Shown here piece by piece: positions 41,573 to 51,118 of a stretch of 64,000 bases of DNA. The notes below the pieces were generated by a model. It was not told the origin of the DNA. It searched no databases and saw only the letters and a list, made by a program, of their open reading frames with translations. The DNA lies in NCBI GenBank assembly GCA_009919265.1, contig RGCF01000002.1:11059-75058 (forward strand), in the 5' to 3' direction. A program made the translations under genes and the position numbers. The stretch is from Bacteroidota bacterium. GTDB lineage: Bacteria; Bacteroidota; Ignavibacteria; Kapaibacteriales; UBA961. The stretch's first letter is position 1; the number at the start of each line of letters is the position of its first letter.

Positions 41573-43144
41573 ATGGAACAATCAAAAAAACGCATACTTT
41601 GGATCGATGATGAAATCGATCTTCTCAAACCGCATATCATTCTCCTAAATCAACGTGGTTATGAAGTTGAAACCGCCACGAATGGTGAGGATGCCATTGA
41701 ACTTGCCTCAAATCAATCATTCGACCTTATTTTTCTTGATGAATCCATGATGGGTATGTCAGGACTTGAAACCTTAACGGTTCTCAAAGACATTGACCCC
41801 TCAATGCCTGTTGTGATGGTAACAAAGAATGAAGCTGAATCATTGATGGAGCAGGCTATTGGTAGAAAGATCGACGACTATTTGACAAAGCCGGTCAATC
41901 CTGCTCAGATTCTTGCAGCATGTAAGAAATTTTTAGAATCAAGAAGAATAGCCGAAGAAAAAATCACCCAAGATTATCTTCAGGGATTTTCTGAAATAGC
42001 AAGAAGATTATACGGATTCATGGACTGGTCTGATTGGCTTGATGTCTATCAAAAACTCGTTCATTGGAGCATCGAATTGGACTTGCATCCCGAATTGGGA
42101 TTTCATCAAACTCTGAAAGATCAATGGCGTGAGTGTAATGCAGAATTCGGAAAGTTCGTTGAGAATAATTATGAATCTTGGATTCGAGGAGATGATGCCT
42201 CCCCATTGCTATCTCCTCACATTGCAGACAAATTTGTATTACCAAAACTTTCCAATGGAAAGCCAACATTCTTTTTCGTGATTGATTGCATGCGTCTCGA
42301 TCAATGGCTCATGATGGAAGAATTGATTAGGCCATATTACACTGTACAAAAAGATTATTACTGCTCAATCATTCCAACTGCAACACCATATGCAAGAAAT
42401 GCAATCTTTGCTGGATTATTCCCAAATGAAATAAAAAAGCATTATCCTGATTATTGGAAAGGTGATCTTCCGGGAATCAGCGAGCATAGTCAGAATGCAC
42501 ATGAAAAGGAGTTGCTTGCTGCATTACTGAAACGCAGAAGAATACAATTGAAAAATGAATTGTCTTATGTGAAAATCATAGACACAGATTATGGAAAAAA
42601 GATTGAACATGATATTCAGCGATATGCAAGAAATCATTTAACTGCAATTGTTGTCAATGCGGTTGATATGATAGCACATTCTCGATCTGATTATCCAATT
42701 CTCAAAGAGATTGCACCTGATGAGTCTGCATATCGTTCGCTTACTCAATCTTGGTTCAGGCATTCTTCATTTTTAGGAATGCTTAGAACACTTTCTCAAT
42801 ATAAAGACATCAATATTGTGATCACGACAGATCATGGTTCCGTACGCTGCATGCATGCTGTAAAAGCTCATGGTGACCGAGAGACATCGACCAATCTGAG
42901 ATTTAAGCATGGTAAGAATGTAAAGTCTGACGGAAAAAATGCAATGACAATCAAAAATCCTGATGCATATAAATTACCGGAGCATACCGCCTCCACAAAT
43001 TATATCATCGCAAAAGAGGATACTTATTTTGTGTATCCTACTGATTTCAATCATTATGTTCAGAAGTATCGCGACAGTTTCCAGCATGGCGGAATTTCTC
43101 TTGAAGAAATGATCTTGCCGATTATCACATTGGAACCTCGCTGA
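41573..43144 (+). CDS. Response-regulator receiver fused to a PglZ/alkaline-phosphatase-like domain (PorX-like)
   Basis: The receiver domain has 'ILWIDDE' and 'DLIFLDESMMGMSG' (phospho-acceptor Asp). The PglZ region has 'FFFVIDCMRLDQW' and 'VITTDHGS'. Confidence 0.8.
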   Translation: MEQSKKRILWIDDEIDLLKPHIILLNQRGYEVETATNGEDAIELASNQSFDLIFLDESMMGMSGLETLTVLKDIDPSMPVVMVTKNEAESLMEQAIGRKIDDYLTKPVNPAQILAACKKFLESRRIAEEKITQDYLQGFSEIARRLYGFMDWSDWLDVYQKLVHWSIELDLHPELGFHQTLKDQWRECNAEFGKFVENNYESWIRGDDASPLLSPHIADKFVLPKLSNGKPTFFFVIDCMRLDQWLMMEELIRPYYTVQKDYYCSIIPTATPYARNAIFAGLFPNEIKKHYPDYWKGDLPGISEHSQNAHEKELLAALLKRRRIQLKNELSYVKIIDTDYGKKIEHDIQRYARNHLTAIVVNAVDMIAHSRSDYPILKEIAPDESAYRSLTQSWFRHSSFLGMLRTLSQYKDINIVITTDHGSVRCMHAVKAHGDRETSTNLRFKHGKNVKSDGKNAMTIKNPDAYKLPEHTASTNYIIAKEDTYFVYPTDFNHYVQKYRDSFQHGGISLEEMILPIITLEPR

Positions 43145-43152
43145 CCAACATT

Positions 43153-43182
43153 GGGGCAGATCAAGTGATTTGCCCCTTTTAT
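43153..43182 (+). terminator. Rho-independent terminator after the PorX-like gene
   Basis: ggggca (43153-43158) pairs with tgcccc (43171-43176), followed by TTTT. Confidence 0.55.
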
Positions 43183-43210
43183 TGTCTTGTCTCACATTTC
43201 GTGCAAGTAC

Positions 43211-43672
43211 ATGGAAGCAGACAGCTACCACTCTCATTCAGAAGACGAAACTCGATCAATAGGCAAGCTATTTGCCGAAAAGTTAAGTCCAGGCGAAATC
43301 ATTACTCTTGCTGGTGATTTAGGTGCAGGCAAAACAGAATTTGTCCGAGGCGTCTGTGCTTATTTTTCCGTTCATGATATCGTGTCAAGTCCGACATTTA
43401 CAATCATGAATCAATATTCCGGAACAAATACCGATGGTTCTGAAATTGCATTGTTCCATGTTGATTTATATCGCATTCAAGATGCAAAGGAATTATTGGA
43501 GATTGGATTTGCAGAATGCATGAGTGATACACATGTGATCAAATTTGTCGAATGGCCTGAAAAAGCCGGAGCAACTATGCCCTCAATCGATTGGAGGGTG
43601 ACAATCAAAACTGTCATGGAACAAGAGGAAGATCGCATTATCAATATCGAATATTTGGGTAATAATCGTTGA
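43211..43672 (+). CDS. tsaE: tRNA t6A37 biosynthesis ATPase TsaE
   Basis: 'LAGDLGAGKTEFVRG' and 'SPTFTIMNQY...HVDLYRI'. The ORF-track start is a TTG at 43187. Confidence 0.85.
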   Translation: MEADSYHSHSEDETRSIGKLFAEKLSPGEIITLAGDLGAGKTEFVRGVCAYFSVHDIVSSPTFTIMNQYSGTNTDGSEIALFHVDLYRIQDAKELLEIGFAECMSDTHVIKFVEWPEKAGATMPSIDWRVTIKTVMEQEEDRIINIEYLGNNR

Positions 43673-45135
43673 TTGATACCCATGCTCATATTGATGCCGA
43701 TGCTTTTGATGAAGATCGCGATGAAATGATTCAAAGAGCATTCGACCAAGGAGTGGAAGCCATCATCATTCCAGCAATTGAGCCTAAACGATTTGAAGGG
43801 GTATTATCTTTATGCACAAAGTATGATGCAGTGTATTGCGGAATGGGAGTGCATCCTCACAATGCAAATGACTTTGACAATCAAGCTGAAACTTTCATCA
43901 TCAATCAGATGTCTTCCCCGAAAGTAAAGGCAATTGGCGAGATTGGTCTAGATTATTACTATGATTTTGCACCAAAGGATATCCAGAAACAAGTATTTAG
44001 AAGACAATTACACTTGGCAAAAGAATTTGGTAAACCTGTCATCATTCACAATAGAGAATCTGATGCAGATCTCATTACTATTCTCAAAGATGAGCAGAAT
44101 GGCGAACTTACAGGTGTTTTGCATTGTTTCTCTTCAAACATCAACATTTTGCAATCTGCATTGGATTTAAATTTTCATATTTCCTTCACTGGAAATATCA
44201 CTTATAAGAAGAGTATACTTGATGAAATTGTAAAAGCTACTCCATTGTCCAGAATCATGATTGAAACCGACTCACCATATATGACACCGGTACCTCATCG
44301 TGGTAAAAGGAATGAACCATCTTTTGTGCAATACATTGCCCAAAAGATTGCAGATATTCATCAAGTTTCAGTAGAGGAGATTATAACCATGACAACACAT
44401 AATGCAAAGTCCTTATTCGGACTCCCAATCTTACTCATTGGTTTTTTAATTGGACTGACAGCATTTCCAATGTATGCACAAGATGAACAAGAAGACGAAA
44501 GAGGTGAAGAGATAGAAGTTGTTGCTCCCCAAAAGCCATTTCCTTATAGCCGTTTCATTGGTTTTGGACCATCCGTTGCAACCAATACAATCGTTGAAAC
44601 CCTTACAAGTTTGGATGCAAATCAGAGAGGGACGCGTTCATGGGATGGAAATCCTGCATTTGGTTTGAGCATTGCATATAATCCACTTGAATTTTTAATG
44701 GTAGACTTGGGATTAATGAATACGAGGAATAATGCCAAACTTAAAAATGCGGATAAAGTACCTGGTACTCCTACCGATCCAGATGTATATACAGTTGCAC
44801 ATCTGACTGCAAGAGCAATTGCAAATCCACGTGGCAAAGTTTCCTTTTTTCTATCCGGTGGATTAAACTATTTGTCAAAAAGAGTGTATGCAACCAATGT
44901 AGAATTCACCGATGATTCTCAATTGGGTTTTAATGCCGGAGCAGGATTCATGGTGAATATTCCAACTGAATATGGAATGCTCATTCCAATAGCTGAATGG
45001 AGACTCGATTTCGAAACCAAAAATAATGTGACACGCATTCCCAATGTATCACCATATAATAGTTGGGGAAATGTAGAAATCTCAACATTTTATTCACTAC
45101 CGAAACTAACGATCCTGTGGTATCCGAAGTTTTAA
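43669..45135 (+). CDS. TatD-family metal-dependent hydrolase continuing in frame into a signal-peptide-like segment plus an outer-membrane beta-barrel-like domain
   Basis: Residues 1-250 are TatD ('IDTHAHID', 'GEIGLDYY', 'IIHNRE', 'LHCFS', 'ETDSPYM', '...NAKSLFGL'). Residues 251-488 are 'PILLIGFLIGLTAFPMYAQ' plus amphipathic strands ending in '...WYPKF'. TTG start overlaps the tsaE stop. Confidence 0.8.
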   Translation: MIDTHAHIDADAFDEDRDEMIQRAFDQGVEAIIIPAIEPKRFEGVLSLCTKYDAVYCGMGVHPHNANDFDNQAETFIINQMSSPKVKAIGEIGLDYYYDFAPKDIQKQVFRRQLHLAKEFGKPVIIHNRESDADLITILKDEQNGELTGVLHCFSSNINILQSALDLNFHISFTGNITYKKSILDEIVKATPLSRIMIETDSPYMTPVPHRGKRNEPSFVQYIAQKIADIHQVSVEEIITMTTHNAKSLFGLPILLIGFLIGLTAFPMYAQDEQEDERGEEIEVVAPQKPFPYSRFIGFGPSVATNTIVETLTSLDANQRGTRSWDGNPAFGLSIAYNPLEFLMVDLGLMNTRNNAKLKNADKVPGTPTDPDVYTVAHLTARAIANPRGKVSFFLSGGLNYLSKRVYATNVEFTDDSQLGFNAGAGFMVNIPTEYGMLIPIAEWRLDFETKNNVTRIPNVSPYNSWGNVEISTFYSLPKLTILWYPKF

Positions 45136-45166
45136 TCCATCTTTCATTTGATGGAACATTTCATGC

Positions 45167-46567
45167 ATGACCAATTCTTCAACTTCTGATTCAGAATCAC
45201 CAAAACAAAATAGACAGGGTGTTGATTTACTCAATGGCCCAATAGATTCAACACTTCGCATCTTTGCTTTACCACTTGCATTCAGTTTCATCGTGAATAT
45301 GCTCTATTCTTGGATAGACACATATTTCGTGAGCAAGCTGGGCTCTGCGGCTATAGCAGCAATCGGAGTTAGCGAACAATTGGGATTTATGATTTTTAAT
45401 TTTGGTAGCGGTTTTGCAATTGGTACGGGGATCATCGTTGCAAGAAGGATTGGCGAAGGAAATCGCGAAGAGGCCTCTTATACTGCCACTCAGGGTATCA
45501 TGACTATGCTGGTGTTTTCAACACTTCTTGCAATTGTCTTGGGTTTATTATTGCCTACAACACTTCATGCACTCGGTTTGGATAAAGATCCTCAAGTATA
45601 TGGATTCACTGAAATTTATTTATATGCTTTGTTATTCGGCGTACCCGGAAATTTTGTCACATTTCAAATCAATGCAATCATACGATCATCCGGAAATTCC
45701 GTTTACCCGATGTCGATATTACTTTTGACTACAGTCATCAATGCCATACTTGCTCCACTTTTGATTTTTGGTTGGACTTTTATACCTGCCTATGGGATGT
45801 TGGGTGCAGGTATTGCAACGGCTGCATCACAGATAATTGGCGCTTTGATTTCACTTTTCATGATTATTTCCGGAAGAGCTGGACTTTCATTGAAACTCAA
45901 AGGATTTGCATTTGATGCACCTCTATTGCTTAAAATTATTAAGCAGGGCATTTGGTCAACATTACAAATGTTTTCAGTAAGCATCAGTCGTCTTGCATTA
46001 TTCAAATTTGCCTCCAACTTTGATCCAAAGATTACACTTGCTGCATATACACTTGGTTTAAAAATTGATCTCTTTGCATTCATGTCTGTTTTTGCAATGG
46101 GTATTGCTCTTGAAACCGCTACAGGTCAGAATCTTGGTGCTAGGCAAGTAGATCGGATCAAATTGTTTTACCATTCAGCGGTAAAGCAATTGAGTGTACT
46201 ACTCGGCTTATTGGCTATCTTGAGTTATATATTTGGCGAACAATTTGCTCGTATTTATACTAATGATCCAGACATCATTCGTGAAACGGTTGAATATGTT
46301 CGCATTGCATGTTTCGGCTACATATTTTTTGCAATTGGTTCTGTCACATTGCGCATTATTAGTGGCGCAGGCGCCGCAGCAAGAAGTATGATGGTTGTTT
46401 TTACTGCATTAGTGATCATTCAAATCCCTTTGGCCTTCATTCTCTCCCATTATACACCGCTTCATGAATCCGGCATTTGGATTGGAGTTGTATTGAGTTA
46501 TATTGCTTTGACTGTCATCGGCTATCAACAATACCGTTCCGGAAAATGGCTGACAGTGCAGATTTAA
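45167..46567 (+). CDS. MATE-family efflux transporter
   Basis: 466 aa with 12 TM segments and a typical MATE N-terminus ('LLNGPI...LALPLAFSFIVNMLYSWIDTYFVSKLG'). Confidence 0.85.
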   Translation: MTNSSTSDSESPKQNRQGVDLLNGPIDSTLRIFALPLAFSFIVNMLYSWIDTYFVSKLGSAAIAAIGVSEQLGFMIFNFGSGFAIGTGIIVARRIGEGNREEASYTATQGIMTMLVFSTLLAIVLGLLLPTTLHALGLDKDPQVYGFTEIYLYALLFGVPGNFVTFQINAIIRSSGNSVYPMSILLLTTVINAILAPLLIFGWTFIPAYGMLGAGIATAASQIIGALISLFMIISGRAGLSLKLKGFAFDAPLLLKIIKQGIWSTLQMFSVSISRLALFKFASNFDPKITLAAYTLGLKIDLFAFMSVFAMGIALETATGQNLGARQVDRIKLFYHSAVKQLSVLLGLLAILSYIFGEQFARIYTNDPDIIRETVEYVRIACFGYIFFAIGSVTLRIISGAGAAARSMMVVFTALVIIQIPLAFILSHYTPLHESGIWIGVVLSYIALTVIGYQQYRSGKWLTVQI

Positions 46568-46590
46568 GCACTATGTAATCAGGGGTTCTC

Positions 46591-48462
46591 ATGGCGAGCA
46601 TATTCTTGCTTTCGTCATTATTTGTATCAATGCTAGTTGCACAAGATTATGCCATTGGCATGGATGAAGAAGTCTCAAGCGAATCTCAATTGCTCATTGA
46701 TGCATTCGATTATTACTCTGCACATCCCATCAATTTACATGAATCCATAGATCAGCTGCATTGCATTCCGGGGATTTCATCGGCTGTTATTCGAGCATGT
46801 AAACAGATTTTGAAAGAATATCCAAACTTGGATGATATACATACATTTGTTCATCTCCTCCCTGCAACAACAGACTCATCAGTCATACATATCTTATTGC
46901 ATTGTACAAAACTTACAACTCATGATACTTGGTCTGGTTCTTTACGAACGAGAATATCATTGTCATATCCGGATATGAAGGGTGTTGAACAGCATGCTTT
47001 CCTTGGATCAAAGGAATCATTCATCCAAAGACTGTTCATCGGGAACGGTATAATCAAAACATCGCTTTCTTTTGGGAAGCATGCAGGTGAGCGATATGAA
47101 CATGGCATGATGCATGGTTCACTATCATATACGAAAGACAATTCAATGATCATTATTGGTGATCATATAATACAAATAGGGACTGGCATATTGTTTTCAT
47201 CAGGCATATCAATGCCTAATCTTGCAAATCCTGCTCAAAGAGCAGAACAATGGTCGACAGCGATAAGACCAAATACATCTCTTATTGAACATCCTAATTT
47301 TCATGGTATTGCCTACCATTATCATAAAAACAATGTACAAACTGGTATGAGTATGTCTTCAAGATATCGATATGCATATCGCAATGATGAAGGTGAATTG
47401 ACTGGATTTCCAAGTATTACCTATGCAAGAACAACAAATGAATTGCAACATCGCGATGGAATCAAAGAACAAAGAATTGCTTGCTTTGCAGAATTACAAA
47501 AGGAAAAACATAGCATTTCTATTGCATCATTGTATCAATACTATCAAGCCAATATTGCACCTTTAGCAATTGCAATAGGCGAACAAGAGCAGTTCCTTTT
47601 TGCCATTGATCATCGTTGGTCCGAATCTGATTACACAATGTCAAGTACTATTCTATGCGACAAAAGAGGCAATATAGGTGGTATGTTGATGATGCATCAT
47701 GATGCACTCAAACAACAACAAGCATGCATCATACGCTATTATGCTGCGAATTTACATTCAATACTTGGCAATTCTCCCGGACGGTTTGGAACTCCGAACA
47801 ATGAGATTGGCATACAATTCATGATGAATGGAAAAATTAATTCCATTCATTATGCATCATCGATAGACGTTTCTTCTGAGATTGTCATTCCATCGCATAA
47901 GAGTTATCTCAATAAGAGCATGCGAACAATTATTCAGTGTTCGAAAAGTGAAGAAAAGAAGTCTCTTCTTTGCAGAATCATACATACAATTCAATCCTCA
48001 ACAGATCAGCATGGCGACTATGACTCATATTGGAGATGCAGAATCGACTATGGATTTCAGTTCAATAATATCAATGCAATGTACAGGATTGAAGGAAATG
48101 TCAGCAAACAACAAAACGTGGTCACGAAAGGCATTGGAAGTGCATTTGAATTGAAAACCATGAAGAAAGAGTATCAACCATGGTATTTGTCATTTCGTAT
48201 TGCATGGGCAAATACAGATGCATTTTCATCAGCCCTCTATCTACCAGAAACCGGACTTCCTGGTCAACTACTTATAGACCCACTATATGGAATAATGACT
48301 ATGGTATGTTTCAAAGTTGGATATCAATATCGAAACATATCGTGTGCATTGTTATTAAGACAAAGGCATAAGCCTCTTGAGGAAACATTAGGAAGTGGAT
48401 GGATGCAGATTCGAGGAAATATGGAAACTGAATGTCACATACAAACAGACATCACATTTTAG
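46591..48462 (+). CDS. Secreted helix-hairpin-helix (ComEA-like) domain protein with a large beta-rich C-terminal region
   Basis: Signal peptide and an HhH-like 'LHCIPGISSAVIRACKQI'. The remaining 520 aa or so have no motif I recognise. Confidence 0.5.
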   Translation: MASIFLLSSLFVSMLVAQDYAIGMDEEVSSESQLLIDAFDYYSAHPINLHESIDQLHCIPGISSAVIRACKQILKEYPNLDDIHTFVHLLPATTDSSVIHILLHCTKLTTHDTWSGSLRTRISLSYPDMKGVEQHAFLGSKESFIQRLFIGNGIIKTSLSFGKHAGERYEHGMMHGSLSYTKDNSMIIIGDHIIQIGTGILFSSGISMPNLANPAQRAEQWSTAIRPNTSLIEHPNFHGIAYHYHKNNVQTGMSMSSRYRYAYRNDEGELTGFPSITYARTTNELQHRDGIKEQRIACFAELQKEKHSISIASLYQYYQANIAPLAIAIGEQEQFLFAIDHRWSESDYTMSSTILCDKRGNIGGMLMMHHDALKQQQACIIRYYAANLHSILGNSPGRFGTPNNEIGIQFMMNGKINSIHYASSIDVSSEIVIPSHKSYLNKSMRTIIQCSKSEEKKSLLCRIIHTIQSSTDQHGDYDSYWRCRIDYGFQFNNINAMYRIEGNVSKQQNVVTKGIGSAFELKTMKKEYQPWYLSFRIAWANTDAFSSALYLPETGLPGQLLIDPLYGIMTMVCFKVGYQYRNISCALLLRQRHKPLEETLGSGWMQIRGNMETECHIQTDITF

Positions 48463-49726
48463 GATTCAATAGTTGTGCGAGCTTTGGTTCTACATGCCAA
48501 CGATCTCTTGCATTAAGCCAGCGTTTGCGTGCATCCTCTTTATGTTTTTGTGGCATATTCATTACTCTTTTAGCACGTATGAGGAGATTTTTTGCAGTAT
48601 GTTCTAGAGGTGTGAATTCAATCAGATCTGCGGAATATCCTTCCGACATGAGAATATCTCTTCGCATTGAATCTGTTAACATATCTCCCAGTCGCTCTTT
48701 CATGATTCCATCTCGCAATAGAAATGCCTCTTCCGATGGTATGGATGCGACATTCATTTGTTGCTGAACATAATGATGACAACAAGGTGCAGCAAGAATG
48801 ATATCTACATGATGAGTAATTGCCAATGCCAATGCATCATCTGTGGCAGTATCACATGCATGCAATGCAATTAGAATCACACTTCCCTTTTCATGTAAAC
48901 TTCCACTCCATTCTGCGATCGTACTTTGAGAAAAAGATGCATATTCATTGAAGTCTAATCTTTGAACAGTTCGATTACATGAATGTACTAATTCCTCTTG
49001 TTGTTCAATGCCGATCATCGTAGCATTGGAATGCTTTACATTTCTCAAATACCACAATAGTGCTATACTTAGATATGCCTGACCGCAACCGCAATCCACA
49101 ATGTGCACCGAGTCTGACAACTCAGTTGCATATTGTTCAACAATTCGAATAAAGTGATTGATTTGCACATACTTGTCACGCATTGCTGGAATAATCATAA
49201 ACTGTTCATCAGTAATACCAATTGCATGCAATAATTGAGCAGCATTTCCCGGATTGATTGGCATTAGTTCTTCATTGCTTGATTGCCAATGAGACTTCGA
49301 TGGTTTTGTGACTCGATGCAACACGGTTTGCCCGCGACTAGTCATTGGAGAGATTTTAATATACACATCCTTTTTGGGCGTTTGTATATGCCATTGTTTA
49401 AACATCAAACGAGACAATGCATCCAATGCATTCATGATATCATCATAACCGGACATCATAAGTGAATGAGTAAAGGATTGTTTTTGAGTTATGATATCAA
49501 TCAATAATAATCCACATTCAGAAGCATCGTGATGTACTATGATTTTTTTGCAATCATCATACGCTATATCTTTTCCGGGGACCTTGATTGGATCCTCACC
49601 ATACGGATTTGAAATCGTGATAATGCATCGCATATCGGGTTGATTTCCCCGAAAAAGGCTTTCTATTTGTTCTTGCATAATTGCATTCATGTTCAAAGTT
49701 ACGAAACTCAACCTTGAATTAGTCAC
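48452..49726 (-). CDS. Class I SAM-dependent methyltransferase with an uncharacterised N-terminal domain
   Basis: Motif I 'VDCGCGQAYLS' and 'ALHACDTATDDAL' (Methyltransf_32-like). Starts with GTG at 49726, with an alternative ATG at 49690. Has an 11-nt 3' overlap with the convergent upstream gene. Confidence 0.7.
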   Translation of the reverse strand: MTNSRLSFVTLNMNAIMQEQIESLFRGNQPDMRCIITISNPYGEDPIKVPGKDIAYDDCKKIIVHHDASECGLLLIDIITQKQSFTHSLMMSGYDDIMNALDALSRLMFKQWHIQTPKKDVYIKISPMTSRGQTVLHRVTKPSKSHWQSSNEELMPINPGNAAQLLHAIGITDEQFMIIPAMRDKYVQINHFIRIVEQYATELSDSVHIVDCGCGQAYLSIALLWYLRNVKHSNATMIGIEQQEELVHSCNRTVQRLDFNEYASFSQSTIAEWSGSLHEKGSVILIALHACDTATDDALALAITHHVDIILAAPCCHHYVQQQMNVASIPSEEAFLLRDGIMKERLGDMLTDSMRRDILMSEGYSADLIEFTPLEHTAKNLLIRAKRVMNMPQKHKEDARKRWLNARDRWHVEPKLAQLLNPKM

Positions 49727-49914
49727 CCGGCATTATTAACAAGCCAGATATAATTGATTTCATCAGAACACCATAGGCAATCTAAATCGGTTATATCACA
49801 ATGGCGATAAATTGCATATAATCGTCCTTCTGACATCAGTCCTTGAGAATGCCCTGATTAAGCGAGGATTTCGTATTTTTGAAACAATGATCGTGTATCT
49901 CTCTGGATTTTTCA

Positions 49915-50187
49915 ATGAAGCATTTTAAAGCTATGATTACCATCACTTTGCGTAAGAGCATCTTGGATGTTCAAGGCAAAACGGTGGAACATGCCCTCCA
50001 TTCAACGAATTTTACAACTATTGAACATGTTCGCATCGGAAAATATGTCGAATTGACTGTCCATGCAGAACATGCAGAAGCTGCACTTTCCATTGTAGAT
50101 GATGCATGTAAAAATATCATTGCCAATCCAATCATGGAAGACCATCACATTGTCTTAGAAGAAATTTCAATTGGAGAACCTGCATGA
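49915..50187 (+). CDS. purS: Phosphoribosylformylglycinamidine synthase subunit PurS
   Basis: 90 aa. Carries '[19 protein letters not shown]'. A TATTTTTG -7 box sits at 49873-49880. Confidence 0.9.
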   Translation: MKHFKAMITITLRKSILDVQGKTVEHALHSTNFTTIEHVRIGKYVELTVHAEHAEAALSIVDDACKNIIANPIMEDHHIVLEEISIGEPA

Positions 50188-50882
50188 AATTCGGCATCGT
50201 CGTTTTTCCCGGCTCTAATTGTGATCACGATGCATGGTATGCAACTTCACATAATGCAGGTGCTGAAGCTCAGATGTTATGGCATAAGGATACAAGCATT
50301 CCTTCAGATATTGATTGCATTATTCTTCCCGGTGGATTTTCTTATGGAGATTATTTGAGATGCGGTGCAATCGCGCGTGTATCTCCAATTATGTCCGCAG
50401 TGCGTAAACATGCAGAACAAGGAAAGTATGTACTCGGCATTTGCAATGGCTTTCAAATTTTGACAGAATCAGGATTATTACCTGGAGTGCTCTTGCGCAA
50501 TACAACACTTTCTTTTATTTGTAAAGATATCTATCTCAGAACAGAGCAAACATTGTCCCCTTTTACATCAGCAATGGAGCAAGGACAAATCCTTCGTGTA
50601 CCGATAGCGCATGGTGAGGGGAATTATTTTGCAGATGAGCAAACGATTCATATACTTGAGCAGGAGCAAAGAATTGCTTTTCGATATTGTGATGCTAATG
50701 GCAATGCAAGTCCCGAAGCTAATCCAAATGGCTCCATCAACAATATAGCTGGCATATTGAATGAAACTGGAAATGTGCTCGGCATGATGCCACATCCGGA
50801 ACGCTGCTGTGATACAATGCTCGGCAATAACGATGGTCTTGGTGTTTTTACTTCACTTTTACAAACCGTAGGTTTGTATTAA
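50184..50882 (+). CDS. purQ: Phosphoribosylformylglycinamidine synthase glutaminase subunit PurQ
   Basis: 'FPGSNCDHD', '[12 protein letters not shown]', 'GICNGFQIL' (catalytic Cys) and 'MMPHPER'. Overlaps purS by 4 nt. Confidence 0.93.
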   Translation: MKFGIVVFPGSNCDHDAWYATSHNAGAEAQMLWHKDTSIPSDIDCIILPGGFSYGDYLRCGAIARVSPIMSAVRKHAEQGKYVLGICNGFQILTESGLLPGVLLRNTTLSFICKDIYLRTEQTLSPFTSAMEQGQILRVPIAHGEGNYFADEQTIHILEQEQRIAFRYCDANGNASPEANPNGSINNIAGILNETGNVLGMMPHPERCCDTMLGNNDGLGVFTSLLQTVGLY

Positions 50883-50903
50883 TTACAATTTTGAGAGGTT
50901 ATT

Positions 50904-51086
50904 ATGGGTTTCCTTCCCGGTGGTTCAGAATGGCTCATTATTTTACTCGTCATCATCATTTTATTTGGTGCAAAAAAAATCCCCGAATTGATGCGTGGCC
51001 TCGGAAGTGGTATTCGTGAATTCAAGAATGCAGCAAATTCCACTGATGACAAAGACACAAAAAATGATGCGCCAAAGAGCGAATAA
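50904..51086 (+). CDS. tatA: Twin-arginine translocase TatA/E-family subunit
   Basis: 60 aa. Carries 'EWLIILLVIIILFGAKKIPELMRGLGSGIREFK'. Confidence 0.9.
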   Translation: MGFLPGGSEWLIILLVIIILFGAKKIPELMRGLGSGIREFKNAANSTDDKDTKNDAPKSE

Positions 51087-51118
51087 GAATCTTTGCATAC
51101 TATTGAGAATCGATAAAC

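Noticed and set aside
41573-49726. Co-occurrence of PglZ, a P-loop ATPase, a TatD nuclease-family protein and a SAM methyltransferase, superficially like a BREX or other defence island
   Set aside because: The PglZ protein is a PorX-type response regulator. The ATPase is the housekeeping TsaE. The methyltransferase is on the opposite strand and lacks DNA-MTase motifs (no DPPY/NPPY or PCQ-type catalytic motif). No BrxA, BrxB, BrxC or PglX-like genes are present.
49817-49824. 'TATAATCG' upstream of purS, reminiscent of the start of a purine riboswitch
   Set aside because: The downstream conserved J2-3 (UUUCUACC) and L3/J3-1 elements are absent, so this is just an AT-rich promoter region.
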